Part shown: one piece after another, positions 28,014 to 37,429 of the stretch
How positions within the stretch are numbered: the first letter of the stretch is position 1
Layout of the letters: the number at the start of each line of letters is the position of its first letter
Source: Acidobacteriota bacterium
GTDB taxonomy: Bacteria; Acidobacteriota; Thermoanaerobaculia; Gp7-AA8
Length of the DNA: 64,000 nucleotides
Assembly (NCBI GenBank): GCA_019244185.1
Contig: JAFATB010000014.1
Span: 63,587-127,586 of the forward strand
Direction: 5' to 3'
Notes under the pieces: generated by a model
What the model saw: only the letters and a program-made list of their open reading frames with translations
Told to the model about the DNA's origin: nothing
Database searches by the model: none
Translations under genes and position numbers: made by a program

Positions 28014-29578
28014 AACTCGCGATCGCGCAGATGGAACGGCGAGTGTCCGCGCTGGATCGCGGGCGCCCAGACGACGGCGAGCTTCTCGCGCGGTCCCGCG
28101 AAGCGATGCGCGCCGCTCGCGAGCGTACGCGCGCCGGTGAACGGCGTGCCGTCGAGCGTGCCGCGCACTTCGCCGCGCTCGCTGACGATCGTGTACTCGC
28201 CCGGCACCGCGATGGTGAACGTGCCGTCGTCGCGCAGCCATTGTCCCGACGCGCGCAGGCGTCCCATGTCGAGAAAGTTCGCGCTGAGGAACGCGCGTCC
28301 CTGCGGCGGCCACATCGGGCCGTCCGCCTGCGCGACGTGCGTGCGCGTGCGAATCACATCCGCCGCGAGCGTGTCGGGGATCAGGCCGTGCGCCATCTGC
28401 GCGCGGGTGATGTTCTCGAGGACGTAGTAGAACGGGCGACGCCGATAGATCGTCTCGCCCTTGAGGTCGAGCAGCAGCTCGCCGGGATGCGTGAGCCGCA
28501 GCGCCTGCGCCATCATGGTCGTGTGCCAGCGCGTGTCGTTGCGGAACTGATTCGCGTAGTGCACGAGCGCGAGCAGCAGCACGACGACGGCGATCGCGAA
28601 CGCCTGCAGCGGATTGCGCGCGCGCACGAGCATCGCCGCGACGAAGATCGCCGCGAGCGGCATGAGCGAGAGCAGGTCGCGCGGCGAGATCAGCACCCAG
28701 AAGCCGCCCAGCGTGATGACGTACACGCCGATGGCGACGGCGAAGAAGAAGCGCGCGGAGTCGTGCGTCTTCGGACGCAGCCGCATCGCCGCGTAAACCA
28801 GCGCCGCCATCGCGAACGGCCACGCCACGCGGCCGATCCAGACGCTGCGCCGCGTCAGCACGATGTTCTCGTTGAACGTGAAGACGCACCACACCAGGCG
28901 ATCCCACGCGCCGAGCGCCACGAAGAGCACGACCAGGATCGCCGGCACGAGGACGAGGCCGCCCAGCAACGGCAGCAGCGGCGAGAGCGCATCGCCCCGC
29001 TTCTCGATCCAGCGCACGATCGCCGCGGCACCCGCGAGCGTCGCGAGGAGCAGCGTCGTCTTCAGCGAGACCGACATCGCGCATCCGAGGAGCAGGCCGG
29101 CGAGGAACGTCCAGCGCGGCGTCCACGGCTTCAGCGCGAGCACGACCAGTGCCGCCATCCAGAACGCGTTCCACAGATTGTCGGTGCGGTACTCGAGCGA
29201 CTTGAGAAAGAACGGCGGAAAGAGCGAGAGCAGCACCGCCGCCCACGCCGCCACGCGCGCGTCGTAGAGCCGCCGCGCGAGCGCATACGTCGCCCACACC
29301 ACGAAGGCGAAGAGCGCGAGCATCGGCACGCGCATCCAGAGCAGGATGTTTGCGCGCTCGCCGAACAGCGCGAGGATCGGCGCGGTCAGCAGATGAAAGA
29401 GCGGCGCGTGGTTGTCGAAGTAGTCGCGATACTGCACGAGCCCCTGCGTCCATCCCCACGCCACGTGCAGGTGCTGCTGCTCGTCGGAGTCGAAGCGGTA
29501 GCGGAAGAGCGCGACGAGGCGCAGCACGACCGAAGCCGCGCCCGCCGCCGCGAGCAGGATGCGTTCCGCTTTGCTCAA
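28010..29578 (-). CDS. GT-C fold membrane glycosyltransferase (ArnT/PMT-like), putative
   Basis: More than 10 predicted TM helices. Acidic loop motif RFDSDEQ after the first TM. Start placed at a TTG (29578), because the ORF-track N-terminus (to 29737) runs across the tRNA-Arg gene and is therefore not real. Confidence 0.45.
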   Translation of the reverse strand: MSKAERILLAAAGAASVVLRLVALFRYRFDSDEQQHLHVAWGWTQGLVQYRDYFDNHAPLFHLLTAPILALFGERANILLWMRVPMLALFAFVVWATYALARRLYDARVAAWAAVLLSLFPPFFLKSLEYRTDNLWNAFWMAALVVLALKPWTPRWTFLAGLLLGCAMSVSLKTTLLLATLAGAAAIVRWIEKRGDALSPLLPLLGGLVLVPAILVVLFVALGAWDRLVWCVFTFNENIVLTRRSVWIGRVAWPFAMAALVYAAMRLRPKTHDSARFFFAVAIGVYVITLGGFWVLISPRDLLSLMPLAAIFVAAMLVRARNPLQAFAIAVVVLLLALVHYANQFRNDTRWHTTMMAQALRLTHPGELLLDLKGETIYRRRPFYYVLENITRAQMAHGLIPDTLAADVIRTRTHVAQADGPMWPPQGRAFLSANFLDMGRLRASGQWLRDDGTFTIAVPGEYTIVSERGEVRGTLDGTPFTGARTLASGAHRFAGPREKLAVVWAPAIQRGHSPFHLRDREF

Positions 29579-29601
29579 GATGAAGAAGCCGCCGTTTTCG
29601 A

Positions 29602-29677
29602 TGGCGCGCCCTGAGGGATTCGAACCCCCAACCAGCGGTTCCGAAGACCGCTGCTCTATCCGTTGAGCTAAGGGCGC
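29602..29677 (-). tRNA. tRNA-Arg (anticodon UCG)
   Basis: Cloverleaf folded by hand: acceptor GCGCCCT/AGGGCGC, D-stem GCTC/GAGC, anticodon stem GCGGT/ACCGC with loop CTTCGGA, T-arm GGGGG-TTCGAAT-CCCTC, discriminator G and an encoded CCA. 76 nt. Confidence 0.85.
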
Positions 29678-29758
29678 GCAGGCGCCGCGCCATCGTACTC
29701 GACACGCCGCCGCTCCGTGAATAGAATGCGCGCCCACGCTGTTCCGGTGGTTCCTTAC

Positions 29759-29834
29759 GCCGATGTAGCTCAGTTGGTAGAGCAGCTGATTCGTAATCAG
29801 CAGGTCACCGGTTCGAGTCCGGTCATCGGCTCCA
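29759..29834 (+). tRNA. tRNA-Thr (anticodon CGU)
   Basis: GCCGATGTAGCTCAGTTGGTAGAGC 5' half. Anticodon stem GCTGA/TCAGC with loop TTCGTAA. T-arm ACCGG-TTCGAGT-CCGGT. Acceptor GCCGATG/CATCGGC plus T-CCA. 76 nt. Confidence 0.85.
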
Positions 29835-29848
29835 TCTGCATCAACGAC

Positions 29849-30373
29849 TTAGCGCCGGCCGTGAGGCCGGCGTTCTCGTTTTCCCACAAGATTTCCCACA
29901 AAAGTCAGCAGTTCGTCGACGGCAGCATCGACGCCGGCGCACTCTTTCGCCGCGCCACCGATGCATCGTTCCGGCGCGATCGCGTACGCCGCCGCGGCCT
30001 CAGTCGGCGTTTGCGTAAGCGGCAGGTCCTGCTTGTTCACGAGGTACACGATCGGACGCCGATCCGCCGCCGCGTTGAAGAGCGTGAGCGCCGCGAGATT
30101 GTGCGCGTGCCTCGCGACTTGCGCGTCGAGCACGAAGAGCACGCCGTCCGCCGCACGATAGAACTCGACTGCCGCCGCGGCCGCGGCATCTGTGGCCGCG
30201 GCATCCAGGGTTTCGAAGTACCGGTTGCCGGGCAGCACCCGCGCGAGCTGCACGCGATGAACGCCGCGCTGGATCGACACGAAGTCGCTCGCCGTCGCGG
30301 AGGACGTCCGCGCGAGGCATTTCATGACTTCCGACCGCCCCGACATCGGCGGGCCGGCGACGGCGATTCGCAT
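29849..30373 (-). CDS. Ras-like small GTPase (MglA/Roc/Arf-like family)
   Basis: MRIAVAGPPMSGRSEVMK (P-loop G1-like) and LVNKQD (G4 NKxD). About 175 aa. Divergent from the large operon at 30451. Confidence 0.6.
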   Translation of the reverse strand: MRIAVAGPPMSGRSEVMKCLARTSSATASDFVSIQRGVHRVQLARVLPGNRYFETLDAAATDAAAAAAVEFYRAADGVLFVLDAQVARHAHNLAALTLFNAAADRRPIVYLVNKQDLPLTQTPTEAAAAYAIAPERCIGGAAKECAGVDAAVDELLTFVGNLVGKRERRPHGRR

Positions 30374-30450
30374 CCAACCAAGATAAGCCGCGCGTCCGTC
30401 ACGCCACAAAAAAATCCGCGCCGTGTCTCTGCACTTCCGAAGGGGAACGC

Positions 30451-31044
30451 ATGCGGAGATGGATCGGCGGTTGGATCGCTGCGGTGCTGTTGTTGTTCGC
30501 GTTCGGTGTGCCGTGGCTGCGCGCGCAGTCGAACGCGGCGCGCGTGACGACGACGCAAACGGAAGAAACCGTCGACGCGACGGGGACGGACGGGGTGCAA
30601 ACCACGTCGACGACCACCACCACGACGTCCGTCATCGAAGGCGGCATTCCGTCGACCTCCGCCGCGCCGCCGCCCGCGTGGACGCACCTCGTGCGCATCG
30701 CCGCGAACGCCGGACCGATCGCGTTCCTGCTGCTGGCGTGGCTCATCGGCGGAATCATCCACGTGCGCATGGTCCGCCGCGAGCAGGCGCAGTTCCCGGT
30801 GCTGCGCGGCAGCCGCGCGCCGCAGACGGTGCCGATGATCGTCAGCGCGCTCCTGTTCCTCGTCCCGGCCATCCTCTTCATCGTCTTCGAGGTGCGCTCG
30901 CGCTACGAGATCCGCCGCGGCCTCGCCGGCGTCGTCGACGAATGGCAGCCGGTCACGGTGCACGCGTGGACGGCGCTCGTGATCTGTCTCGCGCTCGCGT
31001 TGATCCCGTGGCTGCTCGCGCGCCGCGCGGACACGGTCGCATAG
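30451..31044 (+). CDS. membrane protein with signal peptide, Thr-rich linker and 3 TM helices
   Basis: MRRWIGGWIAAVLLLFAFGVPWLRAQS, then TTSTTTTTTS, then three hydrophobic helices. 13 bp upstream of the giant gene. Confidence 0.5.
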   Translation: MRRWIGGWIAAVLLLFAFGVPWLRAQSNAARVTTTQTEETVDATGTDGVQTTSTTTTTTSVIEGGIPSTSAAPPPAWTHLVRIAANAGPIAFLLLAWLIGGIIHVRMVRREQAQFPVLRGSRAPQTVPMIVSALLFLVPAILFIVFEVRSRYEIRRGLAGVVDEWQPVTVHAWTALVICLALALIPWLLARRADTVA

Positions 31045-31057
31045 GAAGGACGGAATC

Positions 31058-34000
31058 GTGGCGAACTACCTCATTGCGGTCGGCGGCACCGGCCAGCACG
31101 TCGCACTCGCGGTGGCCGATTTCATCGCGCTCGCGTACGAGATCTACACCGAAGAATTTCCGAACGTTCAGATGATTCTCGTCGACGCCGATCAGGCGGC
31201 GGACACGGATCAGCCATCAGCGTGGCAGGAGGCGCGCGCGCGGCTCAACGCGCTCGGTCTGCTCGCCGGCGACAGCTTCGAATGCGTCCCGCTTCCGGTG
31301 CACTCGCAGCTCGCCGACTCGCGGCGCATGTACGAGTTCGTGAATCGCCTCGGCGCGTCGTTCGGTCCGAACGCGGCGGACGCGCTGCTGCTGCGCGAAC
31401 AGCGCGAGGTCGACGTGACGACCGGCTTCTACGCGCAGCCACGCGTCGGCGCGATGATGGCCGAATGGCTCTTCAATGAAGTGACGCGCGGCGACGGCGT
31501 GAACCCGCAGCTCGCGCGCATCTTCGCGCTCGCCGGCGATCCGGCGAATCGCATCGTCGTCGCGGGGTCGGGCGTCGGCGGCACCGGCGCGGGCTTCGCG
31601 CCCGCGCTCGTGCGGCGGCTCTCGGCGGCAAGCGGTGGTGGCCGGCTGATGGCGCTCATGGCCACGGAATGGTTCCGCCTCTCGGGCCTGTGCGCGAACC
31701 GCCTTTCGGAATCGGTGCAGAAGAGCAACGCGAACTCCGCGCTGTGGCACGCGGCGCATTCGGGCTCGAGCGCCGTGCGCACGATTCTGTTCGGACATCC
31801 GTCCGTCTCGCGCGCGCCGGAGGAGGAATGCCAGAGCGGCGCGTTCCAGGCGCGCAAGCGCAACCTCACCATTCCGTACTATGCGGCCGCGGCGGCGCTG
31901 TCGTTCTTCGCCGGCGATGCGAATGGCGGCACGCACGTGCCCGCGGCGACGCTCGCGGGCGACGTCGTTGCGCTGCCGAAGTCGCTGCGGATCACGCCGC
32001 GTCTGACGTTGCGCGAGCTCGTCGAGTCGAACGTCGAAGCGGTCGGGCGACTGACGCTCGCATCGGAGTATCTGCGCGGTCGCTATCAGGGATTCGTGCT
32101 GCCGTTCTCGTCGCTGAGCGGCCGGATCGCGGCGCTCGATCAGACCGACCGCCAGCGCATCGACGGTCCGCTCGCCGCGAAGCGCGCGGCCTTGCGCAAC
32201 CTCGGCGTCTCCGACGAGAAGCTGCCCGTCGTGCCGCGCATTCATCGCGGTCTCGCGACGCTGCGCGGCTGGGTCAACGGCAGAGTCGATCGTCCGTACG
32301 ATCTCTGGAAGGACGTTCCGGTCGTGCCGCCGCAGACGACCGAGCGCAAGGCTGAAGCCGTCGCGGCCGACAGCGACACCGCGGCGCTGCTCATCCGCAA
32401 GATCGGTTATGCCAGCCGCGTGACCGGCGGCAACGTCGTTCCGATCACGCAGGCGCAGGTGCGCGAGCTCGTGACCGTCGACGACGTCGACGTATCGAAA
32501 GTGCCGGCGTCGGACGCGGTGGAGCTCACGCTCGGCGACATCTTTCGCAATTGGGAAGCGCGCAACGGCGAGGAGAAGGCCGAGCTCGCGGCGCTGCTCG
32601 TCGAGGACGGGCGCGTGCGGCGTCCAGTGCTCGTCTCCGGTGACAAGGGCGACCGTCCGCGCGAATGGCTGAAGCGCTGGCTGCTGCTCGCGAACCTGCT
32701 CGTCGAGAACAAGCTGACGGTCGAACCGAAATCGCTGCCGTTCACGACGGGAAAGATTCTCTCGTTTCGCGGCATCCCGATCGGCGAGCTCTCGCGCGAG
32801 TTCGTCTGCCTGCCGCTCGTCAACGGCTACTGGAACGACGAGGCGACGATCGGCGCGCTGTGGAATGCGGCGTCGCGGCTCGAGTCGCTCGCGACGTGGT
32901 GCCGCAACACGGCCGCGGTCGCGCGCTGCCGAACGGCCGCACTGCCGGCGTGGCTCGACGTGCTGCTCTTCGCGACCTCGCGCTACGCCGGCGTGACCAA
33001 GCAGTTCACGTCGCAGAGCGTGACTGTGCGCTGGCCCGGCATCGCGGAGCCGGTCTCGCTGCCGCTGCCGAATGCCGCCGCCGGCAGTGCCGACGCGAAA
33101 GACTGCGTAGCCGCGGCGGCGGAGGCGTTCGGCGTGCTCACGCCGCAGCCGTCGCCCGCGGAGATGTCGCCGGCCGTGCGCGCGGTGGTGCAGGAGATCG
33201 CGCGCATCGCGCTCCCGGTTCCGCGGCTCGGCGGCGGCGAAACGAAGAGCATCGTCTTCTCGGAGTTGCTGCCGCCGGCGGCGCGCGACTGCCTCTTCGG
33301 CGAGATCGTCGTCGACACCGACGCGCGATGCGCGTGGCGGCTCGAAGCGACCGCGCGCATCGTCACGTCCGTCGCCGGCGAGTTGCTGACGGAGAACGTC
33401 GGCTGCTTCCGCAACGAGCAGCGGACGGAGTGGCTGACGCCGCTGCGGCGCGAGTACGTCCCGCTGCTCAAGTCGGGCGTCGTTGACGTGCGCAGCGAGG
33501 AGCACGGCCAGGAGCTGCGCGTCAGCGTGAGAGTCCACGACCGCACATTCGTCGAGTCGTACGCGGCGTCGCGCGTGCGTGCGATCAATCCGCTGCTGTT
33601 GCATTGGCCGGCGGCCGTCGCCAGTCCGTCGGCGAGCCTCACGGTGCTTTTCGACGTGCCGGAGCATCGCTACAGCCCGCAGACGGTGTACGCCGTGATG
33701 CACGACGCGCAGGCGAAGGCGTGGACGCTCTCCGCGCCGCTGAGCGAGCGGCACTCGCTGCACTACCTCGCCACCGACGGCAACGTGCCGCACAGCCTCT
33801 CGTTCGACCTCGAGCGTCACGACGTCGGCTTCGTGAAGATCGAGCGCGCGGTGCAGCACCTCGAAGACGCCACGCAGCGCGTCGCCGTCGACTTCGGCAC
33901 ATCGGCAACCGTCGTCGCGATCGACGGCGCGCAGAAAACGGAAGTGCTCGATCTCCTCGCCGCCGGCGCCGATGCGACCGCCGAGGTGTGGAAGGGGAGC

Positions 34001-35344
34001 GCGCTGGAAGCGTTCCAGTGGTACGGGACGCGTCCGGTGGATTCGACGATCCGCGAGAAGCGTCGCGCGCCGAGCGCGCTGGTCTATCTCGGATCGGCGA
34101 AAGATGCGCGTCCGCCGCGGCCGCAGTACGGCGATCACGTCCTGCTCGATCAGGACGACTGGCAGTGGAAGAGCGACGGCACGTCGCTGCTCTTCGACAT
34201 CAAGTGGACGCGCGAGCGCGCGTATCGCGAGGCGTTTCTCGTCCACCACCTCGAGCAGTGCATCGCCGCCGCACTCAGCAAAGGCATCGTGCACAGCCGC
34301 CGGCTCTCCGTCATCTTCACGATGCCGCTGCGGCAGCGCGCCCGCGCGGCGGATTTCGTCGCGGAGATCGAAGGCGTCATCGCGACCTTGCACCGCCGCA
34401 CCGGACTGCAGCTCGAGTCGCGGTTCGCGTACGAGTCGGAAGTCATCGCGCCGATCGAAGCGCCGGCGACCGATGTCGACGCGATCGTGATCGCGGACCT
34501 CGGCGGCGGAACGCTCGATTTGTTCGCGAAGCACTTCGGCCGCGGACGCAGGGGCGGCGCGCGCAACGTCGTCTTTGAGAGCGCGCGCATCGGCGGTCAC
34601 TCGCTCGTCGAATGGCTGACGCGCGACTTCGGCGGCACCGAGCTCGCGGAGTATCGCCGCAAGCTGCGCATCGGCTCCTTGCCGCAGCTCGACGAAGCGT
34701 CGTCGCGCATCGCCGCGAGTTACTTCGACGTCGTGAAGCGCTTCACCGCGCTCTGGATGGATTCGGTCTGGCGCTACTGGACCGGCGGCGACCAGCCAGG
34801 CCGCGTGCACGTGCAACTCCTCGGCATGGGCTGGTCGCTGCCGGCGTCGCCGGACGAGCAGATGGCGCTGCATCTCACCGACATCGCGCGCGCCCTCGGC
34901 TCGCAACTCGCGTACAGCCGCTACGAGGATCCGACGCTGCCCGGCAATCCGAAGGAGCTGCTGGCGCGCCGCACGATCCTGCACGGCGGCGCGACGCGCG
35001 GCGACTTCGTCGCGTTCGAACCGGCGGCGGTGAACGGCATCGAAGTCAGCGTCGCGGGCGAAGTCCGCCGCGACGACGAGCCGCTGCGCGGGCTCGGCGC
35101 GAACACGCCCGCCGTCGGCATCACCGCGAACGGACTGCAGCGCATCGCGAAGCTGACCGGCGCGCGCGAGGAGATCGTCGCCGCCGTGCGCGACGGCACG
35201 CGCATCGCGCTCACCACGCGCTCGACCGGCGTCGACAAACACGACGGCGCCGTGCTCGAAGGCGTGAACGTCTGGGTCGCCAGCCCGCTGGCCATCGCCG
35301 CGGAAACGTACACGCGCCAGGTGCTGCTGCAGGTGCACGCATGA
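31058..35344 (+). CDS. Giant (1428 aa) protein with N-terminal tubulin/FtsZ-like GTPase signature and C-terminal Hsp70/actin-like ATPase signature
   Basis: N-terminus IAVGGTGQHVALAV (T1-loop-like GGxGxx). VVAGSGVGGTGAGFAPALV matches the FtsZ/tubulin T4 signature GxGGGTGxGxAP. C-terminal region: AVDFGTSATVVAIDG (phosphate-1-like DxGT[ST]) and IVIADLGGGTLDLFA (Hsp70 phosphate-2 DLGGGTFD-like). These are motif-level assignments only. Confidence 0.6.
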   Translation: MANYLIAVGGTGQHVALAVADFIALAYEIYTEEFPNVQMILVDADQAADTDQPSAWQEARARLNALGLLAGDSFECVPLPVHSQLADSRRMYEFVNRLGASFGPNAADALLLREQREVDVTTGFYAQPRVGAMMAEWLFNEVTRGDGVNPQLARIFALAGDPANRIVVAGSGVGGTGAGFAPALVRRLSAASGGGRLMALMATEWFRLSGLCANRLSESVQKSNANSALWHAAHSGSSAVRTILFGHPSVSRAPEEECQSGAFQARKRNLTIPYYAAAAALSFFAGDANGGTHVPAATLAGDVVALPKSLRITPRLTLRELVESNVEAVGRLTLASEYLRGRYQGFVLPFSSLSGRIAALDQTDRQRIDGPLAAKRAALRNLGVSDEKLPVVPRIHRGLATLRGWVNGRVDRPYDLWKDVPVVPPQTTERKAEAVAADSDTAALLIRKIGYASRVTGGNVVPITQAQVRELVTVDDVDVSKVPASDAVELTLGDIFRNWEARNGEEKAELAALLVEDGRVRRPVLVSGDKGDRPREWLKRWLLLANLLVENKLTVEPKSLPFTTGKILSFRGIPIGELSREFVCLPLVNGYWNDEATIGALWNAASRLESLATWCRNTAAVARCRTAALPAWLDVLLFATSRYAGVTKQFTSQSVTVRWPGIAEPVSLPLPNAAAGSADAKDCVAAAAEAFGVLTPQPSPAEMSPAVRAVVQEIARIALPVPRLGGGETKSIVFSELLPPAARDCLFGEIVVDTDARCAWRLEATARIVTSVAGELLTENVGCFRNEQRTEWLTPLRREYVPLLKSGVVDVRSEEHGQELRVSVRVHDRTFVESYAASRVRAINPLLLHWPAAVASPSASLTVLFDVPEHRYSPQTVYAVMHDAQAKAWTLSAPLSERHSLHYLATDGNVPHSLSFDLERHDVGFVKIERAVQHLEDATQRVAVDFGTSATVVAIDGAQKTEVLDLLAAGADATAEVWKGSALEAFQWYGTRPVDSTIREKRRAPSALVYLGSAKDARPPRPQYGDHVLLDQDDWQWKSDGTSLLFDIKWTRERAYREAFLVHHLEQCIAAALSKGIVHSRRLSVIFTMPLRQRARAADFVAEIEGVIATLHRRTGLQLESRFAYESEVIAPIEAPATDVDAIVIADLGGGTLDLFAKHFGRGRRGGARNVVFESARIGGHSLVEWLTRDFGGTELAEYRRKLRIGSLPQLDEASSRIAASYFDVVKRFTALWMDSVWRYWTGGDQPGRVHVQLLGMGWSLPASPDEQMALHLTDIARALGSQLAYSRYEDPTLPGNPKELLARRTILHGGATRGDFVAFEPAAVNGIEVSVAGEVRRDDEPLRGLGANTPAVGITANGLQRIAKLTGAREEIVAAVRDGTRIALTTRSTGVDKHDGAVLEGVNVWVASPLAIAAETYTRQVLLQVHA

Positions 35345-36045
35345 ACCAGATGCCGGTGATCCTCGCGCTCGCGGTTCTCGCGCTGACGATCGTGCTCACC
35401 GCGCTCGCGCTGACGATGCGCCTGCGCGCGCTCGAGAAAAGCGTCCACGCGGCGCAGGACCGCGGCCGCGCGTCGAAGGACAAAGACACGCGGCGCGAAG
35501 AGCTGGCGCAGCTGAAGAGCGAGCTGCAGAAGAGCATCGAGTCGCTGCGCTCGACGATCGTGAATGTGCCGGTGGAAGTGGTGCGTCGGCTGCCGCGGCA
35601 AAACTTCGATGCAGCTCCGCCGCGCGCGATGAATCCGCCGCCGGCATCGCGCAGCGTGTTCCGCGATGAGCGCCAAGCCGAGCATTACGCTGAGTCAGTC
35701 TCCGCGGAAGACGGAGCCGCGCAGCTGCTTGCGCTCGCGAACCGCATCGTGCAGCAGAACTCCACCACGCTCGACGCCGTGCGCGCGAGCACCGACGCTC
35801 TCGCCGCGCACGTCACCGTCTGGCCGCCGTCGGGGGAAGGCACTCCGATCGCGTTCATCGTCGAGCATCGCGGCACGTGGTACGCGGTCCCGAACGTCGT
35901 CAAGCCGGCGCGGCTGCCGAACGACTGGTTCAACCGCGCCGACTTCGGCGTGAACGACGAGATCCGCCGCGTCGAATCGCTGCCGCGCCTCACGCGCCGC
36001 GGCGACGACTTCGAAGTGCAGCACGCCGGAGTGTTCTCGCGATGA
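35341..36045 (+). CDS. single-pass membrane protein with coiled-coil segment and C-terminal globular domain
   Basis: ATGA overlap with the giant gene. N-terminal TM MNQMPVILALAVLALTIVLTALALT, then heptad-like ELAQLKSELQKSIESLRS. Confidence 0.5.
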   Translation: MNQMPVILALAVLALTIVLTALALTMRLRALEKSVHAAQDRGRASKDKDTRREELAQLKSELQKSIESLRSTIVNVPVEVVRRLPRQNFDAAPPRAMNPPPASRSVFRDERQAEHYAESVSAEDGAAQLLALANRIVQQNSTTLDAVRASTDALAAHVTVWPPSGEGTPIAFIVEHRGTWYAVPNVVKPARLPNDWFNRADFGVNDEIRRVESLPRLTRRGDDFEVQHAGVFSR

Positions 36046-37427
36046 CGGTGCTCTCGCTGCAGGCTCCTCGGCCTCCGGCGCGGCGGCTCTTCTGGGAGCC
36101 GTGGCTCGCCGTCGTCGTCGCGGCGGCGCTGTACCTGCGCGTCGCGGCCGGCCAGTGGGGCGGGCTCGCCGCGCTCGCATGCGAGCTCGCGCTCGCGGTG
36201 ATCCTGCGCGCGCAGCTGTTGCGGCGCGCGGACGAAGAGGCGGAGCTGACGGAGCGCCTCGCATCGCGCGACCTCTCGATCACCGACGTCGATCGCCTGA
36301 TCGGCAGCACCGCGGAGCGTGTGCAGGGGATGTTCGCCACCGCGTCGAGCGCCGTGCTGGCCACGGGGATGGCGGCGTCCGCGTTTCTGCTGCTGTTCTA
36401 CGCGAGCGCCGGAACGACCGGCGGCGGCATCGTGTCGGTCGCGCCGAAGGCGTTCGTCGCGACCGGCTACGCGATCCTCTGCGCGCTGGCGCTGACGCGC
36501 GACGCGCATCACCTGAACGCGACGATCTTCGAGCCGCTGCGGCGGAAGAAACTCGACGACGCGAATCGCGAGCCGACGCCGGCGACGCGATCCGCGGTCG
36601 CGCCGGAGTCGCGGACGTCGCGCGTCGAGGAGCTCATCGAACAGCTCGTCTCGATGCAGATCAGCCAGCTGCAGGCGCTCCACGAAGCGAATCAGCAGCT
36701 CGCCGCCGCCGCGTCGGAACGCGTCGACGAAGAGTCGGGCGCGGTGCGCGTGAAGCTCGCGAAGGGACTCACCGATTTCCGCAAATCGGTCGAGCAGCTG
36801 AACGAGATCGTGCAGTCGCTCAACGCGCGTTTCGACGCACTCACGCACGAGGACGCGGCGCTCTTCGAGCAGCACCGGCGCGAGCTCGTGAGCGAGATCG
36901 TGCGGTTACCGCAGCAGGTCATCGACCGCACCGCGGGACTCATCGCCACGTCGGTGACGCGGGTCGAGGAGCAGTTCCGCGCGACGCTGCAGACGATTCA
37001 CGACGACGAGATCCGCCGCGCGCGCGATCTGCTGGCCGGCGAATTCCGCACGCTGCGCGATCAATTCGAGCTCACGGAGCATTCCGTCTCCGCGATCAGC
37101 ACGCGCTTCAACGACGTCGTCTCCTCGCTCGACGCGCTCGCCTCCGCGTTCGACCGCGGCGCGAAGTCGGTTGTCGGCAGCGCCGCGGAGTTCACGCGCG
37201 AGGCGGAGTCGCTCGTCGCGTCCGTCACCACGGCGTTGGGCCGGCTGGGCGACGCGGACGAGACGAACGCGTCGCTGCTCACGCCGCTCACCGAAGCCGC
37301 GACCGCGGTGCGCAAAGCGTCGTCGCTCGTCGCCACCGACATGCGCAAGGTCGCCGCGGAACGCGAGCGCCTCGGCCGCGTGCGGCTGAAGCTCCTCGAG
37401 CTGCTGCCGAACGGGCAGGAGAACTGA
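36042..37427 (+). CDS. MotA/TolQ/ExbB-like membrane protein with long C-terminal coiled-coil tail (ZorA-like architecture)
   Basis: N-terminal 4 TM helices. The last two (LATGMAASAFLLLF and GIVSVAPKAFVATGYAILCALALT) resemble the TolQ LGTVxGIxxAF and GIAPxIAEALxATAxGL helices. About 300 aa of heptad-rich sequence follow. ATGA overlap with the upstream gene. Confidence 0.5.
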   Translation: MTVLSLQAPRPPARRLFWEPWLAVVVAAALYLRVAAGQWGGLAALACELALAVILRAQLLRRADEEAELTERLASRDLSITDVDRLIGSTAERVQGMFATASSAVLATGMAASAFLLLFYASAGTTGGGIVSVAPKAFVATGYAILCALALTRDAHHLNATIFEPLRRKKLDDANREPTPATRSAVAPESRTSRVEELIEQLVSMQISQLQALHEANQQLAAAASERVDEESGAVRVKLAKGLTDFRKSVEQLNEIVQSLNARFDALTHEDAALFEQHRRELVSEIVRLPQQVIDRTAGLIATSVTRVEEQFRATLQTIHDDEIRRARDLLAGEFRTLRDQFELTEHSVSAISTRFNDVVSSLDALASAFDRGAKSVVGSAAEFTREAESLVASVTTALGRLGDADETNASLLTPLTEAATAVRKASSLVATDMRKVAAERERLGRVRLKLLELLPNGQEN

Positions 37428-37429
37428 CG

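Noticed and set aside
28010-29737. Full-length version of the 575-aa ORF extending to 29737
   Set aside because: Its N-terminal 50 codons run straight through the tRNA-Arg gene (29602..29677, same strand). The real start must be downstream, so I chose the TTG at 29578.
30451-31044. Interpreting the Thr-rich 197-aa membrane protein as an ExbB/TolQ homologue
   Set aside because: The topology (cleavable signal, short loops between three C-terminal helices) does not match ExbB/TolQ, which have a long cytoplasmic loop between TM1 and TM2. It is left as a hypothetical membrane protein.
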